Positions 9,451 to 20,668 are shown, numbered from the stretch's first letter. The stretch: 64,000 bases of DNA from Microcoleus sp. (GCA_052279835.1 CP181291.1:5312001-5376000); one strand, 5' to 3'. The notes: generated from the letters alone by a model not told the origin. Made by a program: numbers and translations.

Positions 9451-10089
9451 ATGACAACAACTATTAACGCCAAAAACCTAACATTATCAGAAGTACACCG
9501 TCTGTTCGGCTTTCAAAAACAGTACACTAACTCATTTACATCTCTGCTATCCCTTGAAGATATCACAGAACACGAACAGCAGGAACTTATACAAATTAGG
9601 GATGATTTCGATGACTACATTTCAACAGATAGAGTTTCTGAAGGATTGGTAAAAGCTCTGACTACCTTTCCCCTAATGCGATTGGCTGGCTTCTACCGCC
9701 GCCCAATTAAAATTAGTTTAGAACAAGACATCGCCGAAATTAGTATTGAAGATGAAGATACTATCATTAAAGGACGGTTTGATATCTTGGCTATCAACAG
9801 GATAAAACCCATCAGAAGCGATACATATTTTTGGGTTTTGGTGATTGAAAGTAAAAATTCTGGAATCAACGCATTGATGGGTTTATCGCAATTGCTAACC
9901 TATGCTTATCAAAATTTAAAATATCAAGACACAATCTGGGGTTTGACAACAAACGGAATGCACTATCAGTTCGTCAATATTCAGGGGGGGCATAACCCAA
10001 CCTATCAGCTATTGCCTTTGTTAAACCTGATGGAGTCCGAATCGTCAATTTTGTTGCTGCAAGTTTTAAAAGCCATTTGCAAGCTATAA
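9451..10089 (+). CDS. PD-(D/E)xK nuclease-like protein (HsdR-N-like 'restriction endonuclease subunit R' family)
   Basis: SE..VK, GRFDIL, VIESK, QLLTYA, WGLTTNG motifs. Confidence 0.8.
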   Translation: MTTTINAKNLTLSEVHRLFGFQKQYTNSFTSLLSLEDITEHEQQELIQIRDDFDDYISTDRVSEGLVKALTTFPLMRLAGFYRRPIKISLEQDIAEISIEDEDTIIKGRFDILAINRIKPIRSDTYFWVLVIESKNSGINALMGLSQLLTYAYQNLKYQDTIWGLTTNGMHYQFVNIQGGHNPTYQLLPLLNLMESESSILLLQVLKAICKL

Positions 10090-10144
10090 AAAATGAGGTA
10101 GGGAACCTTCCCCACCTCAAATCTTATACTAAATCCCCTCTATC

Positions 10145-10196
10145 TCTTAGTCCGCGGAGGCGGACTTCGTTTGTATAGCAGCGATTTCAATCGCCG
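10145..10196. repeat. Dispersed palindromic repeat (AGTCCGC..AGGCGGACTT.GTTTGT.TAGC)
   Basis: Second copy at ~30661-30711. Confidence 0.75.
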
Positions 10197-10216
10197 AATA
10201 TAAAGGGGGTAACTTT

Positions 10217-10552
10217 TTAGTAGCCTCTGGTGTTAGGCTTGTGGACGATGAAGCTGAGCACTTGGCATTGCTTCACGTTGTCAAAACCCATGACGCGGAT
10301 GTAGCAACCAGGGTTTTCTTGACGGCAAGCGTTGATTTCTGTCATGATTTCTTGGACGCTGCGAGCGTGGAACAAAGGCAACTTCCAAAGAGTCCAATAG
10401 CGCATTTCAGCGGCGGAGGTTTCGTTGAATTCTACGCCGGGAATGTAGCCTTGATCCAAGATGTATTGCAGTTGCTTGGCAATTTGTGCGTCTGTCAGCG
10501 GGGGCAAATAGGACAGAGTTTCGTAACGACGCTCTTTAGGTAAAGTTTTCAT
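10217..10552 (-). CDS. rbcS: RuBisCO small subunit
   Basis: [31 protein letters not shown]. Confidence 0.99.
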   Translation of the reverse strand: MKTLPKERRYETLSYLPPLTDAQIAKQLQYILDQGYIPGVEFNETSAAEMRYWTLWKLPLFHARSVQEIMTEINACRQENPGCYIRVMGFDNVKQCQVLSFIVHKPNTRGY

Positions 10553-10598
10553 TTTTCTATCTCTAAGGTGTGTGTTCGATTCGCACTCGTGCGATCGA

Positions 10599-11012
10599 TT
10601 AACTCGACAAATTATCTAGATTCGGTTCAGAATCTATTGAGGATGTTTCAGGATTGCTGGTAGCCACAGACCAATTAAGCTGCGTAATTCGCTCCAAATG
10701 CTGGCGTCTGTGTTCCATATTTGACTGTTGAATGCCAGTACGAACCATTTCAGGCAAAAACTCTGTCACATCGTGGGCCAGATATTCTCGCACAGTCATG
10801 ATCCGAAATCCTAAATCTTGATTTTCCAATAGCAACTCTCGAATGTATAATTCTCCATCCTGGATTTTGCCCTTAGTGGAAAATTCATTCAACCAGATTG
10901 CCAGAGGAGGATTGGTTTCGCTCAACTGAGCGACCACAATCCGCACGGATTGATAGGTTAGGTAACTTGCCAGCACCTTAGCGGTGTCTTTCGCAACTTG
11001 TTTGAGATCCAT
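10599..11012 (-). CDS. rbcX: RuBisCO assembly chaperone RbcX
   Basis: [25 protein letters not shown]; lies between rbcL and rbcS. Confidence 0.98.
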   Translation of the reverse strand: MDLKQVAKDTAKVLASYLTYQSVRIVVAQLSETNPPLAIWLNEFSTKGKIQDGELYIRELLLENQDLGFRIMTVREYLAHDVTEFLPEMVRTGIQQSNMEHRRQHLERITQLNWSVATSNPETSSIDSEPNLDNLSS

Positions 11013-11149
11013 TTTTGACCCCAGCCCTTAAGAGTTTTAGATTGTGGATTTTAGATTTTGGATGCAAACTTACTTGTAAATCTTCTTACAAGATAAAGAC
11101 ATAACAGCAAGTTTGCTACCTAAAACCTAAAATCTCCAACCCAAAATCA

Positions 11150-12580
11150 TCAAACGGTATCCATTGCCTCGAATTCAAACTTGATTTCTTTCCAGAGTTC
11201 GCAAGCAACAGCCAATTCAGGGCTCCATTTGCAAGCTTCGCGAATGATGTCTCCGCCTTCGCGCATCAAGTTGCGGCCTTCGTTACGTGCTTGGACGCAA
11301 GCTTCCAAAGCAACGCGGTTAGCTGTTGCACCAGGTGCGTTACCCCAAGGGTGGCCCAAGGTGCCGCCGCCGAACTGCAAGCAGGAGTCGTCGCCGAAGA
11401 TTTCCACCAAGGCTGGCATATGCCAGATGTGGATACCGCCGGATGCAACTGGCATGACACCAGGCATGGAGGCCCAATCTTGGGTGAAGTAGATACCGCG
11501 AGCGCGGTCTTGTTCGATGTGGTCTTCGCGCATCAAGTCTACGAAGCCCATGGTGATGCCTTTTTCGCCTTCGAGTTTGCCCACAACTGTACCGGAGTGC
11601 AGGTGGTCGCCACCGGACATCCGCAAGCACTTGGCAAGTACGCGGAAGTGGATACCGTGGTTCTTTTGACGGTCGATAACGGCGTGCATGGCGCGGTGAA
11701 TGTGCAACAGGATTCCGTTGCGACGGCACCATTTGGCCAAGGTGGTGTTTGCAGTGAAACCACCGGTCAGGTAGTCGTGCATGATGATGGGGGTTTTGAT
11801 TTCTTTGGCGAATTCAGCCCGTTCCATCATTTCTTCGCAGGTGGGGGCGGTGACGTTGAGGTAGTGACCTTTGACTTCGCCGGTTTCTGCTTGAGCTTTT
11901 TCAATAGCTTCTTGAACGAACAAGAAACGATCGCGCCAACGCATGAATGGTTGGGAGTTGATGTTTTCGTCGTCTTTGGTGAAGTCCAAACCGCCGCGTA
12001 GAACTTCGTAAACGGCACGGCCGTAGTTCTTAGCAGACAGACCCAATTTGGGCTTAATTGTACAACCGAGCAAAGGACGGCCGTACTTGTTCAATTTGTC
12101 GCGCTCAACGGTGATACCGTGAGGAGGACCTTGGAAGGTTTTGAGGTAAGCAATGGGAATCCGCAAGTCTTCCAACCGCAGAGCACGCAAGGCTTTGAAA
12201 CCGAACACGTTACCAACCAAAGAGGTGAGCAAGTTGGTGACGGAACCTTCTTCAAACAAATCCAAAGGATAAGCGATGAAGCAAATGTATTGGTTGTCTT
12301 CGCCGGGGACTGGCTCGATGTCGTAGCAACGACCTTTGTAGCGATCGAGGTCGGTGAGGAGGTCGGTCCACACAGTTGTCCAGGTACCGGTGGAAGATTC
12401 AGCAGCCACAGCAGCGCCGGCTTCTTCTGGTGGTACTCCAGGTTGTGGAGTTACACGGAAAGCCGCCAAAATATCTGTATCTTTCGGGGTGTAGTCCGGT
12501 GTGTAATACGTTAGTTTATAGTCTTGAACTCCGGCTTTATACCCAGCCTTGGATTGAGTTTGGGTTTGCGCGTAAGCCAT
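11150..12580 (-). CDS. rbcL: RuBisCO large subunit (form IB)
   Basis: [24 protein letters not shown] and full-length conservation. Confidence 0.99.
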   Translation of the reverse strand: MAYAQTQTQSKAGYKAGVQDYKLTYYTPDYTPKDTDILAAFRVTPQPGVPPEEAGAAVAAESSTGTWTTVWTDLLTDLDRYKGRCYDIEPVPGEDNQYICFIAYPLDLFEEGSVTNLLTSLVGNVFGFKALRALRLEDLRIPIAYLKTFQGPPHGITVERDKLNKYGRPLLGCTIKPKLGLSAKNYGRAVYEVLRGGLDFTKDDENINSQPFMRWRDRFLFVQEAIEKAQAETGEVKGHYLNVTAPTCEEMMERAEFAKEIKTPIIMHDYLTGGFTANTTLAKWCRRNGILLHIHRAMHAVIDRQKNHGIHFRVLAKCLRMSGGDHLHSGTVVGKLEGEKGITMGFVDLMREDHIEQDRARGIYFTQDWASMPGVMPVASGGIHIWHMPALVEIFGDDSCLQFGGGTLGHPWGNAPGATANRVALEACVQARNEGRNLMREGGDIIREACKWSPELAVACELWKEIKFEFEAMDTV

Positions 12581-13153
12581 ATCTCGCTTCCTAGTATTCG
12601 CTTAATTTTGGGGCCTGATGGCAGGCTCTTAGAAATATATCAAGAAAGTGGCGCTCTAAAATTTTAATATTCTTTTAATCATCATAAGTATTGTTTATTT
12701 ACCTTTACATTAAGAAATTATTTGTAACATCTCTTATTAAACAAAAAGCACAAATAATGCTTGGGGATCGTAACAGAAGCGAGAGGGAACAAGATAGAGG
12801 GAATCAGGAAAAAGGGTTGGTTATCTAGGAGAGAAAGAATAAAGAAAGGGAATGGGGAGTTAGTTAGAAATACCTAAAATTATAGTTGATAGTTGAGTCC
12901 GATCGCGCGATCGAACTCAATCGAACTCAACAGCTATCCAAAAATCTCAAACCGCAAATTTTCAATCTATAACTACTGTCTTCCACCGTCAAAAATCCAA
13001 ACCATAGCACATAATATGGACAGGACTTGCGCGATGCCAAGTTTCTTAAATTCAAAAATCTCATTACAGCAATTGAACCGGAATGTCAACCCGGTTGCTG
13101 GGATAGCTGCTCGTAAGTCTTAATGGATATTTAGCCCCATTTCTACTCTGGTT

Positions 13154-14908
13154 GTGCCACACCCCCATTCAAAATCTGTCCACTGCATTAATCCAGATTG
13201 CCCAAAGCCCTACCCTCAGACTTGGGGCAACAATTTTTGTCAGAGTTGCGGAGGGCCACTGCGACTGAAAAATCGCTATGTGCCCCTACAAGTTTTAGGT
13301 AAAGGCGGTTTTGCCGCTATCTACACGGTTTGGGATACAGAATCTGAAACCGAGCGCGTACTCAAAGTATTGCTGGAAACTTCGCCGAAAGCGGTGAAAC
13401 TATTCGAGCAAGAAGCTTGGGTGTTAGCAATTTTGCGCAATCCCGGTGTCCCCAGAGTGGAGGCTGAGGGTTATTTTCATGTGCAAATGCAAAACTTGCC
13501 AGGGGAGGGAAATGCTGCCGCGCGCAGGCTTCCTTGTTTGGTAATGGAGAAGATTCACGGTAAAACTTTGGAAGATATTCTGGATGAGCACCCCCAAGGT
13601 TGTCCGCCAGAATGGGTTTTTAGTTGGCTTAGTCAAGCTGTGGAAATTTTAGAGGAGTTGCATAGATGTCAGATTATTCACCGCGATATTAAACCGAGCA
13701 ATTTGATGCTGCGGATGCCACAATCGCCACAACTTTTGCTGGCTAACGGTTTGGGTGGATTGCAGTTGGTGACGATCGACTTTGGCGGTGTTAAACAAAT
13801 GGGTGGTGTCGCACCGGTGGGGAAAGATGCTCCAAGTTCGACGCGGTTAATTTCTCCTGGGTATAGCCCGCCGGAACAAATTGTTGGGGGCGGTGTGGGC
13901 CCGGCGACGGATTTTTATGCTCTGGGGCGGACTTGCATTCACTTGCTGACGGGGAAGTATCCGGCGGATATTGAAGATCCGATGACTGGGGAGTTGCGGT
14001 GGCGGCATATTTCGCCGCTCGCCCCGGCTTTTGCTAATTTGTTGGATGATATGGTGCGATCGGATGTGCAGCAGCGTCCGGCGACGGCTGGGGAGGTTCG
14101 CCAACGTTTGAGGCAGATTTCTACTCGGAATCAGGGACGAATGGCGCTCGCCCCTAGCAGTCAAGCTATGCTGAAATTCTGTAGGCAAGTATTGGTGGTG
14201 GGGGCGCAAAAAACTGTCAGCCTCACTGGTTTTGTGTTTGGGGCGATCGCCCAAATTGTGGTAGCTTCTCTGGATACGGGCTGGGAAATGGTGCTCGGTG
14301 GGATTGGGGGAAGTGCGGGGGCGATCGGCGGTTTAGTTTTGGGTTATGCTTCGCCTATTGGCCCGGAAATTGCGAACTTTTTGAATGAGGGTTTGCATCA
14401 ATTAATTCCTAATATGACTTTCGCTGTGGGGCCGGAGGTGCTATTGTTTGGATTTGCGGGATTGGGAACTGCGATCGGGTTGACGGATGCGGGCAGTTTT
14501 CGCCAACACAAACAGTATTGGTTATCGGGATTGATGGGTGTTCAAGGTTATTTGTTAGCTGGTTTGTGTTGGTTGGAGTCGAGTGCTTCTAGTGGGGTGC
14601 AGGGGATTATTTTGGGTGCTTTTGCGATCGCTTCTTTGACTGTGGGAATGGGTTTGCGGAGTCACCAATTGGTGCACGCTTTGGTGGTGGCTGTGTGCTC
14701 TACGGGATTGTTTTTGTTTCTGAATGCTTTGAGTATTTTTCCTGGGAGTTTCTTGGAGAGTTTTGCGTCGTCTAACGCTACACTGGGCTTGCTACAAGTT
14801 TGGGGGGCTGTGGCGTTTTTTGGTTTGTTGGGAAGTGCGATCGGGCTTTGTTTGGGAGTCAGTCATTATTTGGTTGTGCCTTTGTTAAGGTGGTTGGGTT
14901 GGAAGTAA
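13154..14908 (+). CDS. Ser/Thr protein kinase with N-terminal 4-Cys zinc ribbon and C-terminal multi-TM domain
   Basis: CINPDC..FCQSCG, LGKGGF, HRDIKPSN, DFG, YSPPEQ, hydrophobic C-terminus. Confidence 0.92.
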   Translation: MPHPHSKSVHCINPDCPKPYPQTWGNNFCQSCGGPLRLKNRYVPLQVLGKGGFAAIYTVWDTESETERVLKVLLETSPKAVKLFEQEAWVLAILRNPGVPRVEAEGYFHVQMQNLPGEGNAAARRLPCLVMEKIHGKTLEDILDEHPQGCPPEWVFSWLSQAVEILEELHRCQIIHRDIKPSNLMLRMPQSPQLLLANGLGGLQLVTIDFGGVKQMGGVAPVGKDAPSSTRLISPGYSPPEQIVGGGVGPATDFYALGRTCIHLLTGKYPADIEDPMTGELRWRHISPLAPAFANLLDDMVRSDVQQRPATAGEVRQRLRQISTRNQGRMALAPSSQAMLKFCRQVLVVGAQKTVSLTGFVFGAIAQIVVASLDTGWEMVLGGIGGSAGAIGGLVLGYASPIGPEIANFLNEGLHQLIPNMTFAVGPEVLLFGFAGLGTAIGLTDAGSFRQHKQYWLSGLMGVQGYLLAGLCWLESSASSGVQGIILGAFAIASLTVGMGLRSHQLVHALVVAVCSTGLFLFLNALSIFPGSFLESFASSNATLGLLQVWGAVAFFGLLGSAIGLCLGVSHYLVVPLLRWLGWK

Positions 14909-14920
14909 GTCGAAGTAAGA

Positions 14921-15140
14921 AGGAAGAAGTCACCCCCCCCTGCCCCCCCCAAGGGGGGAAATTCAGGAATCAGGAATCAGGAAGAAGTCACCCCCCCCCA
15001 GCCCCCCCCTAGGGGGGAAATTCAGGAATCAGGAAGAAGTCACCCCCCCCTGCCCCCCCCTAGGGGGGAAATTCAGGAATCAGGAAGAAGTCACCCCCCC
15101 CTGCCCCCCCCAAGGGGGGAAATTCAGGAATCAGGAAGAA
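14921..15140. repeat. Tandem repeat, ~4 copies of ~51-58 bp
   Basis: Unit aggaagaagtcaCCCCCCCTGCCCCCCC(A/T)AGGGGGGaaattcaggaatc. Confidence 0.92.
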
Positions 15141-15350
15141 GGAAGAATTCACCCCCCTTGCCCCGCAAGCTATTGTGAAACCTTAGAAACCGTTGCGTCC
15201 CCAAATGACCATTGAGATTGAGAAGGAGAACAGAACTAGCACCGAAACCCAACCGAGTGACAAAATATCCATAGCTATTTAACAAACTGTACAAAATGAC
15301 TCCAAACCTTATGATAAGTCAATTTGAGCCATTTTTGAAATGAGGGGCCT

Positions 15351-15830
15351 GTGAAGGATTTGTCGAATTTTAGTGCTGCTGAACGGGTGGAATCTTTGAA
15401 AGCAGGCGCTGTTGCTGCTTTTGGGATGTTTTGGGGTTTTGGGGCGATCGCCCTTATTAATAGCTTGATTCTAGTCCCTAGGTTTGATTTTCTGGCTGGA
15501 TTGCAGGTAGGGGCGATCGACCTAAATTTTGCTTTTAAAGGGTCGATCGCCCTTTTGGCCGGTTTTCTCTTTGGTGTCACTTACCGCTATGCGATTCGCA
15601 CCGATACTAATCCGCAGCTAAAATCCGGTGTGGTGTTGGCTTTTGGGCTGGTGCGGGCTTGTGGACAGTTGGATGCGGGATGGTTTTTTGAGGCTGGGAA
15701 ATTGCCTGTGGTAGAGGAGTTATTGCCCTTTGTGGTTGGGAGTTTTGAGAGTGTGGTATTATTTGCGATCGCCGGTTTGGTTTTAGATTGGGCGATGGGG
15801 CGATCGTACATTAAGCCTTTTGATTCTTGA
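15351..15830 (+). CDS. Hypothetical membrane protein
   Basis: About 4 hydrophobic segments; LFGVTYRYAIR..NPQLKSGVVLAFGLVR. Confidence 0.75.
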   Translation: MKDLSNFSAAERVESLKAGAVAAFGMFWGFGAIALINSLILVPRFDFLAGLQVGAIDLNFAFKGSIALLAGFLFGVTYRYAIRTDTNPQLKSGVVLAFGLVRACGQLDAGWFFEAGKLPVVEELLPFVVGSFESVVLFAIAGLVLDWAMGRSYIKPFDS

Positions 15831-15847
15831 GAGGACACGGCAATGCC

Positions 15848-16054
15848 CATAGGTGTCAACTTAAGGTTCATTTCACAGTCCGGCAAGGGTTGAAACCCCT
15901 GCCTCAAAGCGCAAGTCCTCTCAAAGAGGACTGATGATTTCTTGAGTCCTCTTTGAGGGGACTGTCTTCTATTAGAAAGGGGTTTCAACCCCGGTTGGAC
16001 TCCTGGAATGACTAACAGACTTGGCGGGTTGACAGCTTAAGTTGACACGCTTTG
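15848..16054. mobile_element. ~207-bp MITE, TIR core GTGTCAACTTAAG, 9-bp TSD
   Basis: Flanks GGCAATGCC/GGCACTGCC. Internal hairpins GGGTTGAAACCCC and AGTCCTCTCAAAGAGGACT. Sister copy at 61786-61988. Confidence 0.85.
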
Positions 16055-16094
16055 GGCACTGCCGTCTCCTCCTACAATTAAGCCGTGTCAGCCC

Positions 16095-16769
16095 TTAAAA
16101 ATTTAACACTTCAAATTCGGGACTACCATAAACCATTTGTTTATCTACAGCCGACAAAACCTGATTGTTAGCAACATCAGACATCAAACATTGGCAAACT
16201 AACTGCGCTACATCAGCGCGATGGATATTGCCAGCAACTCGACAATCTTCTGTTAAAACACCATTGCCCGTTGCAGGTTCTGATTTCAGTCCGCCCGGAC
16301 GAATCACAGTATAAATCATCCCACTTGCTATCAAGTGATTTTCGGCTTTTTCCTTATCAATTAACACTGGGCCCAAGGTTTCTAAAGCTTGGGGTGGCAA
16401 AGCGCCCGCAGTATTACCACTACCTATGGACGAAACTAAAATAAACTTTTTTACTCCTGCTTTGACAGCCGCATCAATCAAGTTTTTGTTTCCTAAATAA
16501 TCGGCTCTTTCTCCATCTTTTGGCAAGCCGCCGATGGTGCTGATTACGGCATCAATTGGTGCGCTACCAGTCATGGCTGCATCCACAGCCTCCGCGTCCA
16601 AAGCATCGCCCCTAGTGATTTTGATGCCCATTGCTGCTAATTCTGGGCTGGTTTCGGGCGATCGCAAAAATGCAGTTACTTCAATATTTTGTGCTGTCAA
16701 ACATTTTGCAATTTCTTTACCGACACCCCGGCTAGCACCGGCTAAAAAAATGTGGAGTGGATCTGTCAT
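16095..16769 (-). CDS. NAD(P)H-binding atypical SDR oxidoreductase
   Basis: IFLAGASRGVG, GNKNLIDAA, YTVIRPGGL. Confidence 0.9.
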   Translation of the reverse strand: MTDPLHIFLAGASRGVGKEIAKCLTAQNIEVTAFLRSPETSPELAAMGIKITRGDALDAEAVDAAMTGSAPIDAVISTIGGLPKDGERADYLGNKNLIDAAVKAGVKKFILVSSIGSGNTAGALPPQALETLGPVLIDKEKAENHLIASGMIYTVIRPGGLKSEPATGNGVLTEDCRVAGNIHRADVAQLVCQCLMSDVANNQVLSAVDKQMVYGSPEFEVLNF

Positions 16770-16787
16770 AGGAATTTTGTTTTAATT

Positions 16788-16838
16788 TGTTGTGGGCGAT
16801 CGACTGTTGTGGGCGATCGACTGTTGTGGGCGATCGAC
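16788..16838. repeat. 3 x 17-bp perfect tandem repeat TGTTGTGGGCGATCGAC
   Basis: Directly visible; each unit holds a HIP1 variant. Confidence 0.95.
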
Positions 16839-17077
16839 CTCAAGATCTCAACTGAGTTCTATAAAGCATACCTTAAAAAAGGCGGGAAAAGAAGGGACGA
16901 GAGTTGAATGGGTGGCCCGATGCGATCGCCCTTTGTGACTGATTCCCAAAAGGCGATCGGCATTTCAATTACTGCCCAAACTGGATACTTGATTGTTTTA
17001 GCCCGCATCGACAGTAATTTACGAATAGTTTCGGGCAGTAATTATAGAAAAAATTTCCTAAGCTAATTCCGGTGACA

Positions 17078-18697
17078 TTAGCCTAATGATTTAGATTTGC
17101 GTTTAAGCAACACGCCAACCAAAAAAGCAGCGGAAGTTACTATACCAGCAATTTCTGAAGGTTCGGGAACCGCTTCAGCACCATCAATCCCCCGCATCTT
17201 AAAAGAGAATATATCCCGATTAGATTCTAACTTAATCGGGAATGCTACAGGGTTTGTTGGGTCGATGGCTGCATCGATACCAGTGACGCTAAACTCAGAG
17301 ACACCGTAACCGAGTAAAGCCACAAAATCTACTACTTCATTAGGCTTGAATTTGCCGATTTCTTTGCCTCCAACTAAGACGGAAAAAAGCTCGTCAGCAT
17401 CAATACCGCTAGGCAAACCCAGAATTTTGGTAAATAGCGATGGTTCGGTTGGATTGGGACTAACGGCGATCGGACTGCCGCCGATTACACACCCATAACC
17501 TCTACATCCACCACCGCTATCAGCCACATTATCGCCTATTTTGAAAGTAAAACCAGCAGAGGTTGGCGGATCGAACCAGAGACGATTTGCCACATTATTA
17601 AAACTATGCCAACCATCCTCAAAACTATCAGGTAATAAGGGATTTCGTTGAGAAGTACCGGAAATCGGATTCAGCAGAAAACCATGCTGTTTCCCGGTCG
17701 CACTGTTAATACCTTGACCTACCATTTGTCCGAGATCGTTAATGCCGTTTATTTGTTGTAAAAACCAGCCAGAATCTGTAGCAATCAGGCTATTTACATC
17801 AGCCATATTGCCATCTTCCCAGATAAAACCATGAGCAAGTCCACCATTGCCAGTAGTGTTACCAAAACCGACTACTTGACCTTTATTGTTAATATCAACC
17901 GCAGCAGTTTTATTGCCACCGAGAGTGCCCAAATCTGTAACTTGACCATTTGACCACAAAGTAGCGCGCTCTTGCTGAGTGATATTATTTGCAGAAGCAC
18001 CAACCGCCTGTCCAACATCATTGATATCATAAGCTGTACTGTCGTTATATCCTGGAAGAGTTCCCAGGTCAATCATGTTGCCATTTTCCCATTGGAAAGC
18101 ATGAGTTATGCCGAAAGCAAGGCCCGAATAACCAACAACTTGCCCTCGGTTATTGATACCCTGAGCTCCTCCATTGAAACCAAGAGTACCGAGATCAATC
18201 ATCTTGCCGTTTTGCCACAAAAAGGGATTAAATTTCTCTTGGTAAATCATAAACCTACCAACTATTTGCCCAGATTCATTGATGTCACTAGCCAGACTGC
18301 TGATACCACCAAGATAACCGAGGTCAGTCCTTTGACCGTTTTCCCAGACGTAGGCATTATCTGTCCAATTTTCACTCAGATAACGACCAATAACTTGGCC
18401 AGAATTATTCATTTGGTAAGCCCAAGTGCTATCTTTGACCTCAGTCAGTTGACCGTCTTCCCATATCCAACCAACACCTTTTTGACCAATTACTACTTGT
18501 CCGAGATTGTTGATACTGTAAGCATGGCTTTCGCCGAGGTCGGTAATTGCATAGGAAGCGAAACCAGTATGGATACTGGCGGCATTTACAGGTTTAATAG
18601 CGGTAAATCCCAATAGGGTAAAAGCAGCCAGCGACAGAGAAGTTTGAACAAATTTGCCCAAGGGAGTTTGTTGAAATATTTTGTTGATTTTTTTCAT
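17078..18697 (-). CDS. Secreted HAF-repeat (beta-propeller, DUF3466-like) PEP-CTERM protein
   Basis: Signal peptide, repeated INN.GQVVG...HAF.W.NG.MIDLGTL, C-terminal VPEPS-TM-KRKSK. Confidence 0.9.
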   Translation of the reverse strand: MKKINKIFQQTPLGKFVQTSLSLAAFTLLGFTAIKPVNAASIHTGFASYAITDLGESHAYSINNLGQVVIGQKGVGWIWEDGQLTEVKDSTWAYQMNNSGQVIGRYLSENWTDNAYVWENGQRTDLGYLGGISSLASDINESGQIVGRFMIYQEKFNPFLWQNGKMIDLGTLGFNGGAQGINNRGQVVGYSGLAFGITHAFQWENGNMIDLGTLPGYNDSTAYDINDVGQAVGASANNITQQERATLWSNGQVTDLGTLGGNKTAAVDINNKGQVVGFGNTTGNGGLAHGFIWEDGNMADVNSLIATDSGWFLQQINGINDLGQMVGQGINSATGKQHGFLLNPISGTSQRNPLLPDSFEDGWHSFNNVANRLWFDPPTSAGFTFKIGDNVADSGGGCRGYGCVIGGSPIAVSPNPTEPSLFTKILGLPSGIDADELFSVLVGGKEIGKFKPNEVVDFVALLGYGVSEFSVTGIDAAIDPTNPVAFPIKLESNRDIFSFKMRGIDGAEAVPEPSEIAGIVTSAAFLVGVLLKRKSKSLG

Positions 18698-18956
18698 GTG
18701 CACCTCTCTATTCCAATCTCTAATTTACCTTTGAACCGTGTCATTACAAGGTATTGCCCCTACGATTGATTTATTTGCCAAGGGCGATCGCCCTTTCTTG
18801 AGAAAAAGGACGAAAGGGCGATCGGCCGTCGCACTGAAAAACCAACCGTCACTTATCTATCTGGAAGGAGGCGCTAGTTTTATGCAGAATGTAGCCTAAT
18901 CTTCACAAAACTTTACAAATCGCAGATTTGAGTCGGGAGAAGTTGACTCAGGAAGC

Positions 18957-19094
18957 GAAACTTTATGATGCAGAAAGAACCGGGATTTAGAGGGGTATGG
19001 ATTGAGGGTTGTCAGGTTTACGAATGTTGAGGTGTTGCAGAGTTTTGAGGGGGTTTGTGGGGAGTTGTTGGGTTCGATTGAGGGTGATTTTTGA
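18957..19094 (+). pseudogene. 3' fragment of a DUF559 endonuclease gene
   Basis: Near-identical to 20367-20505, with a 1-nt deletion and no 5' part. Confidence 0.85.
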
Positions 19095-19299
19095 GGCCAG
19101 ATAACCCTGGCGCCCCCCTTAAGAAGGGGGGACATGAAGGGAGGATAGATTGCTCGTTTGTGATTCAAATATCGCACATTTTGACTTATTCCAAAAGGGC
19201 GATCGACATAGTTGTATAGTAGATATCGTTTGAGATAAACGAATATTTCGCCCCGACATCGGTTACAATAATCCTCATATCGTTATTTAGCAAAGCTTT

Positions 19300-19548
19300 A
19301 TGCCAGAAGTTGCACGATTTTACGGAATAATCATCAAGATTTTCTTTGGAGATCACCCACCTCCTCATTTTCACGCAGTTTACGGTGAGTACAATGCTTT
19401 GATAGGTATTGAATCTTTAGAGATTATTGAAGGAGATTTACCTAATCGCGCTCAAAAACTGGTAATAGAATGGGCTACATTGTATCAGAAAGAACTACTG
19501 GATATGTGGAATAGTCAAGAATTTAGTAAACTTCCACCATTAAAATAA
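19300..19548 (+). CDS. DUF4160 family protein (HicA-like putative toxin)
   Basis: MPEVARFYGIIIKIFFGDHPPPHFHAVYGE...GDLP...LVIEW. Confidence 0.88.
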   Translation: MPEVARFYGIIIKIFFGDHPPPHFHAVYGEYNALIGIESLEIIEGDLPNRAQKLVIEWATLYQKELLDMWNSQEFSKLPPLK

Positions 19549-19561
19549 CTGGGATTTTTTT

Positions 19562-19858
19562 ATGAAACCTGAGCGTATTGTTTCTGCTAAAGCTATTGAC
19601 GATCGCACATTGATAGTTAAGTTTACAAATCTGGAAATAAAGAAGTACGACATCTCTAAGTTATTAGACAATCCGATGTTTTCGAGCTTGCGCAATCCTG
19701 GGTTTTTCAAGAATTTTACAATTGAGCCTGGTGGTTATGCGCTGGTTTGGAATGAAGATATCGATCTCAGTGAATATGAATTGTGGAAAAATGGAGTCAG
19801 TTGCACGGATGAGGAAATTGAGCGGTACATTGAATCTATTCATCGTGTTGCTGGATGA
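19562..19858 (+). CDS. DUF2442 family protein (putative antitoxin)
   Basis: LIVKFTN...F..L.NP.FF.NF.I..GGYALVWNEDIDLS; starts 13 nt after the DUF4160 gene. Confidence 0.88.
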   Translation: MKPERIVSAKAIDDRTLIVKFTNLEIKKYDISKLLDNPMFSSLRNPGFFKNFTIEPGGYALVWNEDIDLSEYELWKNGVSCTDEEIERYIESIHRVAG

Positions 19859-20124
19859 GAAATAACGATCGGCGTGTTGAGCGATCGCACTTTTCGACTA
19901 ATTCCAAAAGGGATCTCGACCTAATTGTCAAGTACACATAATGTGAGATAAACTAATTCTGAAACTATTCCCTAAAAATATCGCCCCTCCCCCCAAAATT
20001 TAAATGCACATCTTGTCCCCCCCTTCTTAAGGGGGGCTAGGGGGGATCAATCCAAGACTAAGCAACCCAACCATAAACTTCAACCAACATCCAGTCCCCC
20101 TTAATAAGGAGCACCAGCAAAATA

Positions 20125-20505
20125 ATGCCTTTATTAAAAGACTCCAACTTCCACCTACCATACAACCCAAAACTCATCCCCATCGCCAAACAACTGCGGA
20201 AAAATCCAACTCCATCCGAAAAAAAACTGTGGCAGGATTTTCTAAGAAATTTCCCTTTGCGAGTTCTGAGACAGCGCCCGATCGACAATTTTATCGTAGA
20301 CTTTTACTGTGCGGCTTTACAGTTAGTAATTGAGATTGATGGGGAGAGTCATTTTACCGAACAAGGGAAACTATATGATGCAGAAAAAACCGGGATTTTA
20401 GAGGGGTATGGATTGAAGGTTGTCAGGTTTACGAATGTTGGGGTGTTGCAGAGTTTTGAGGGGGTTTGTGGGGAGTTGTTGGGTTCGATCGAGGGTGATT
20501 TTTGA
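20125..20505 (+). CDS. DUF559 (Vsr-like) endonuclease domain protein
   Basis: AKQLRKNPTPSEKKLW, RQRPIDNFIVDFYC, IEIDGESH, GLKVVRFTN. Confidence 0.92.
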   Translation: MPLLKDSNFHLPYNPKLIPIAKQLRKNPTPSEKKLWQDFLRNFPLRVLRQRPIDNFIVDFYCAALQLVIEIDGESHFTEQGKLYDAEKTGILEGYGLKVVRFTNVGVLQSFEGVCGELLGSIEGDF

Positions 20506-20668
20506 GGCTAGATCCCCCCTAGCCCCCCTTAAGAAGGGGGGGACATGAAGGGAGGAGAGTTGAATGGGTGGCTGGATGCGATCGGGGCGATCGGATAAAA
20601 TATTAGGCAACATAATTTAATTGTACTATGGAAAAGTTGACTCAATATCGATCAATCGCGCGATTCGT

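Noticed and set aside
11181..12514. Long overlapping/antisense ORFs in rbcL, and antisense ORFs in the HAMP repeats (51674-53347)
   Set aside because: Shadow frames caused by codon bias and repeats.
14921..15140. Possible CRISPR array (also 42201-42416 and 56901-57018)
   Set aside because: Units are contiguous with no unique spacers, and there are no cas genes.
18896..19177. 93-aa minus-strand ORF
   Set aside because: Antisense to the DUF559 remnant and repeats.
16871..20585. Classical integron attC array
   Set aside because: No integrase and no clear RYYYAAC/GTTRRRY boxes; kept only as a non-canonical cassette-like finding.
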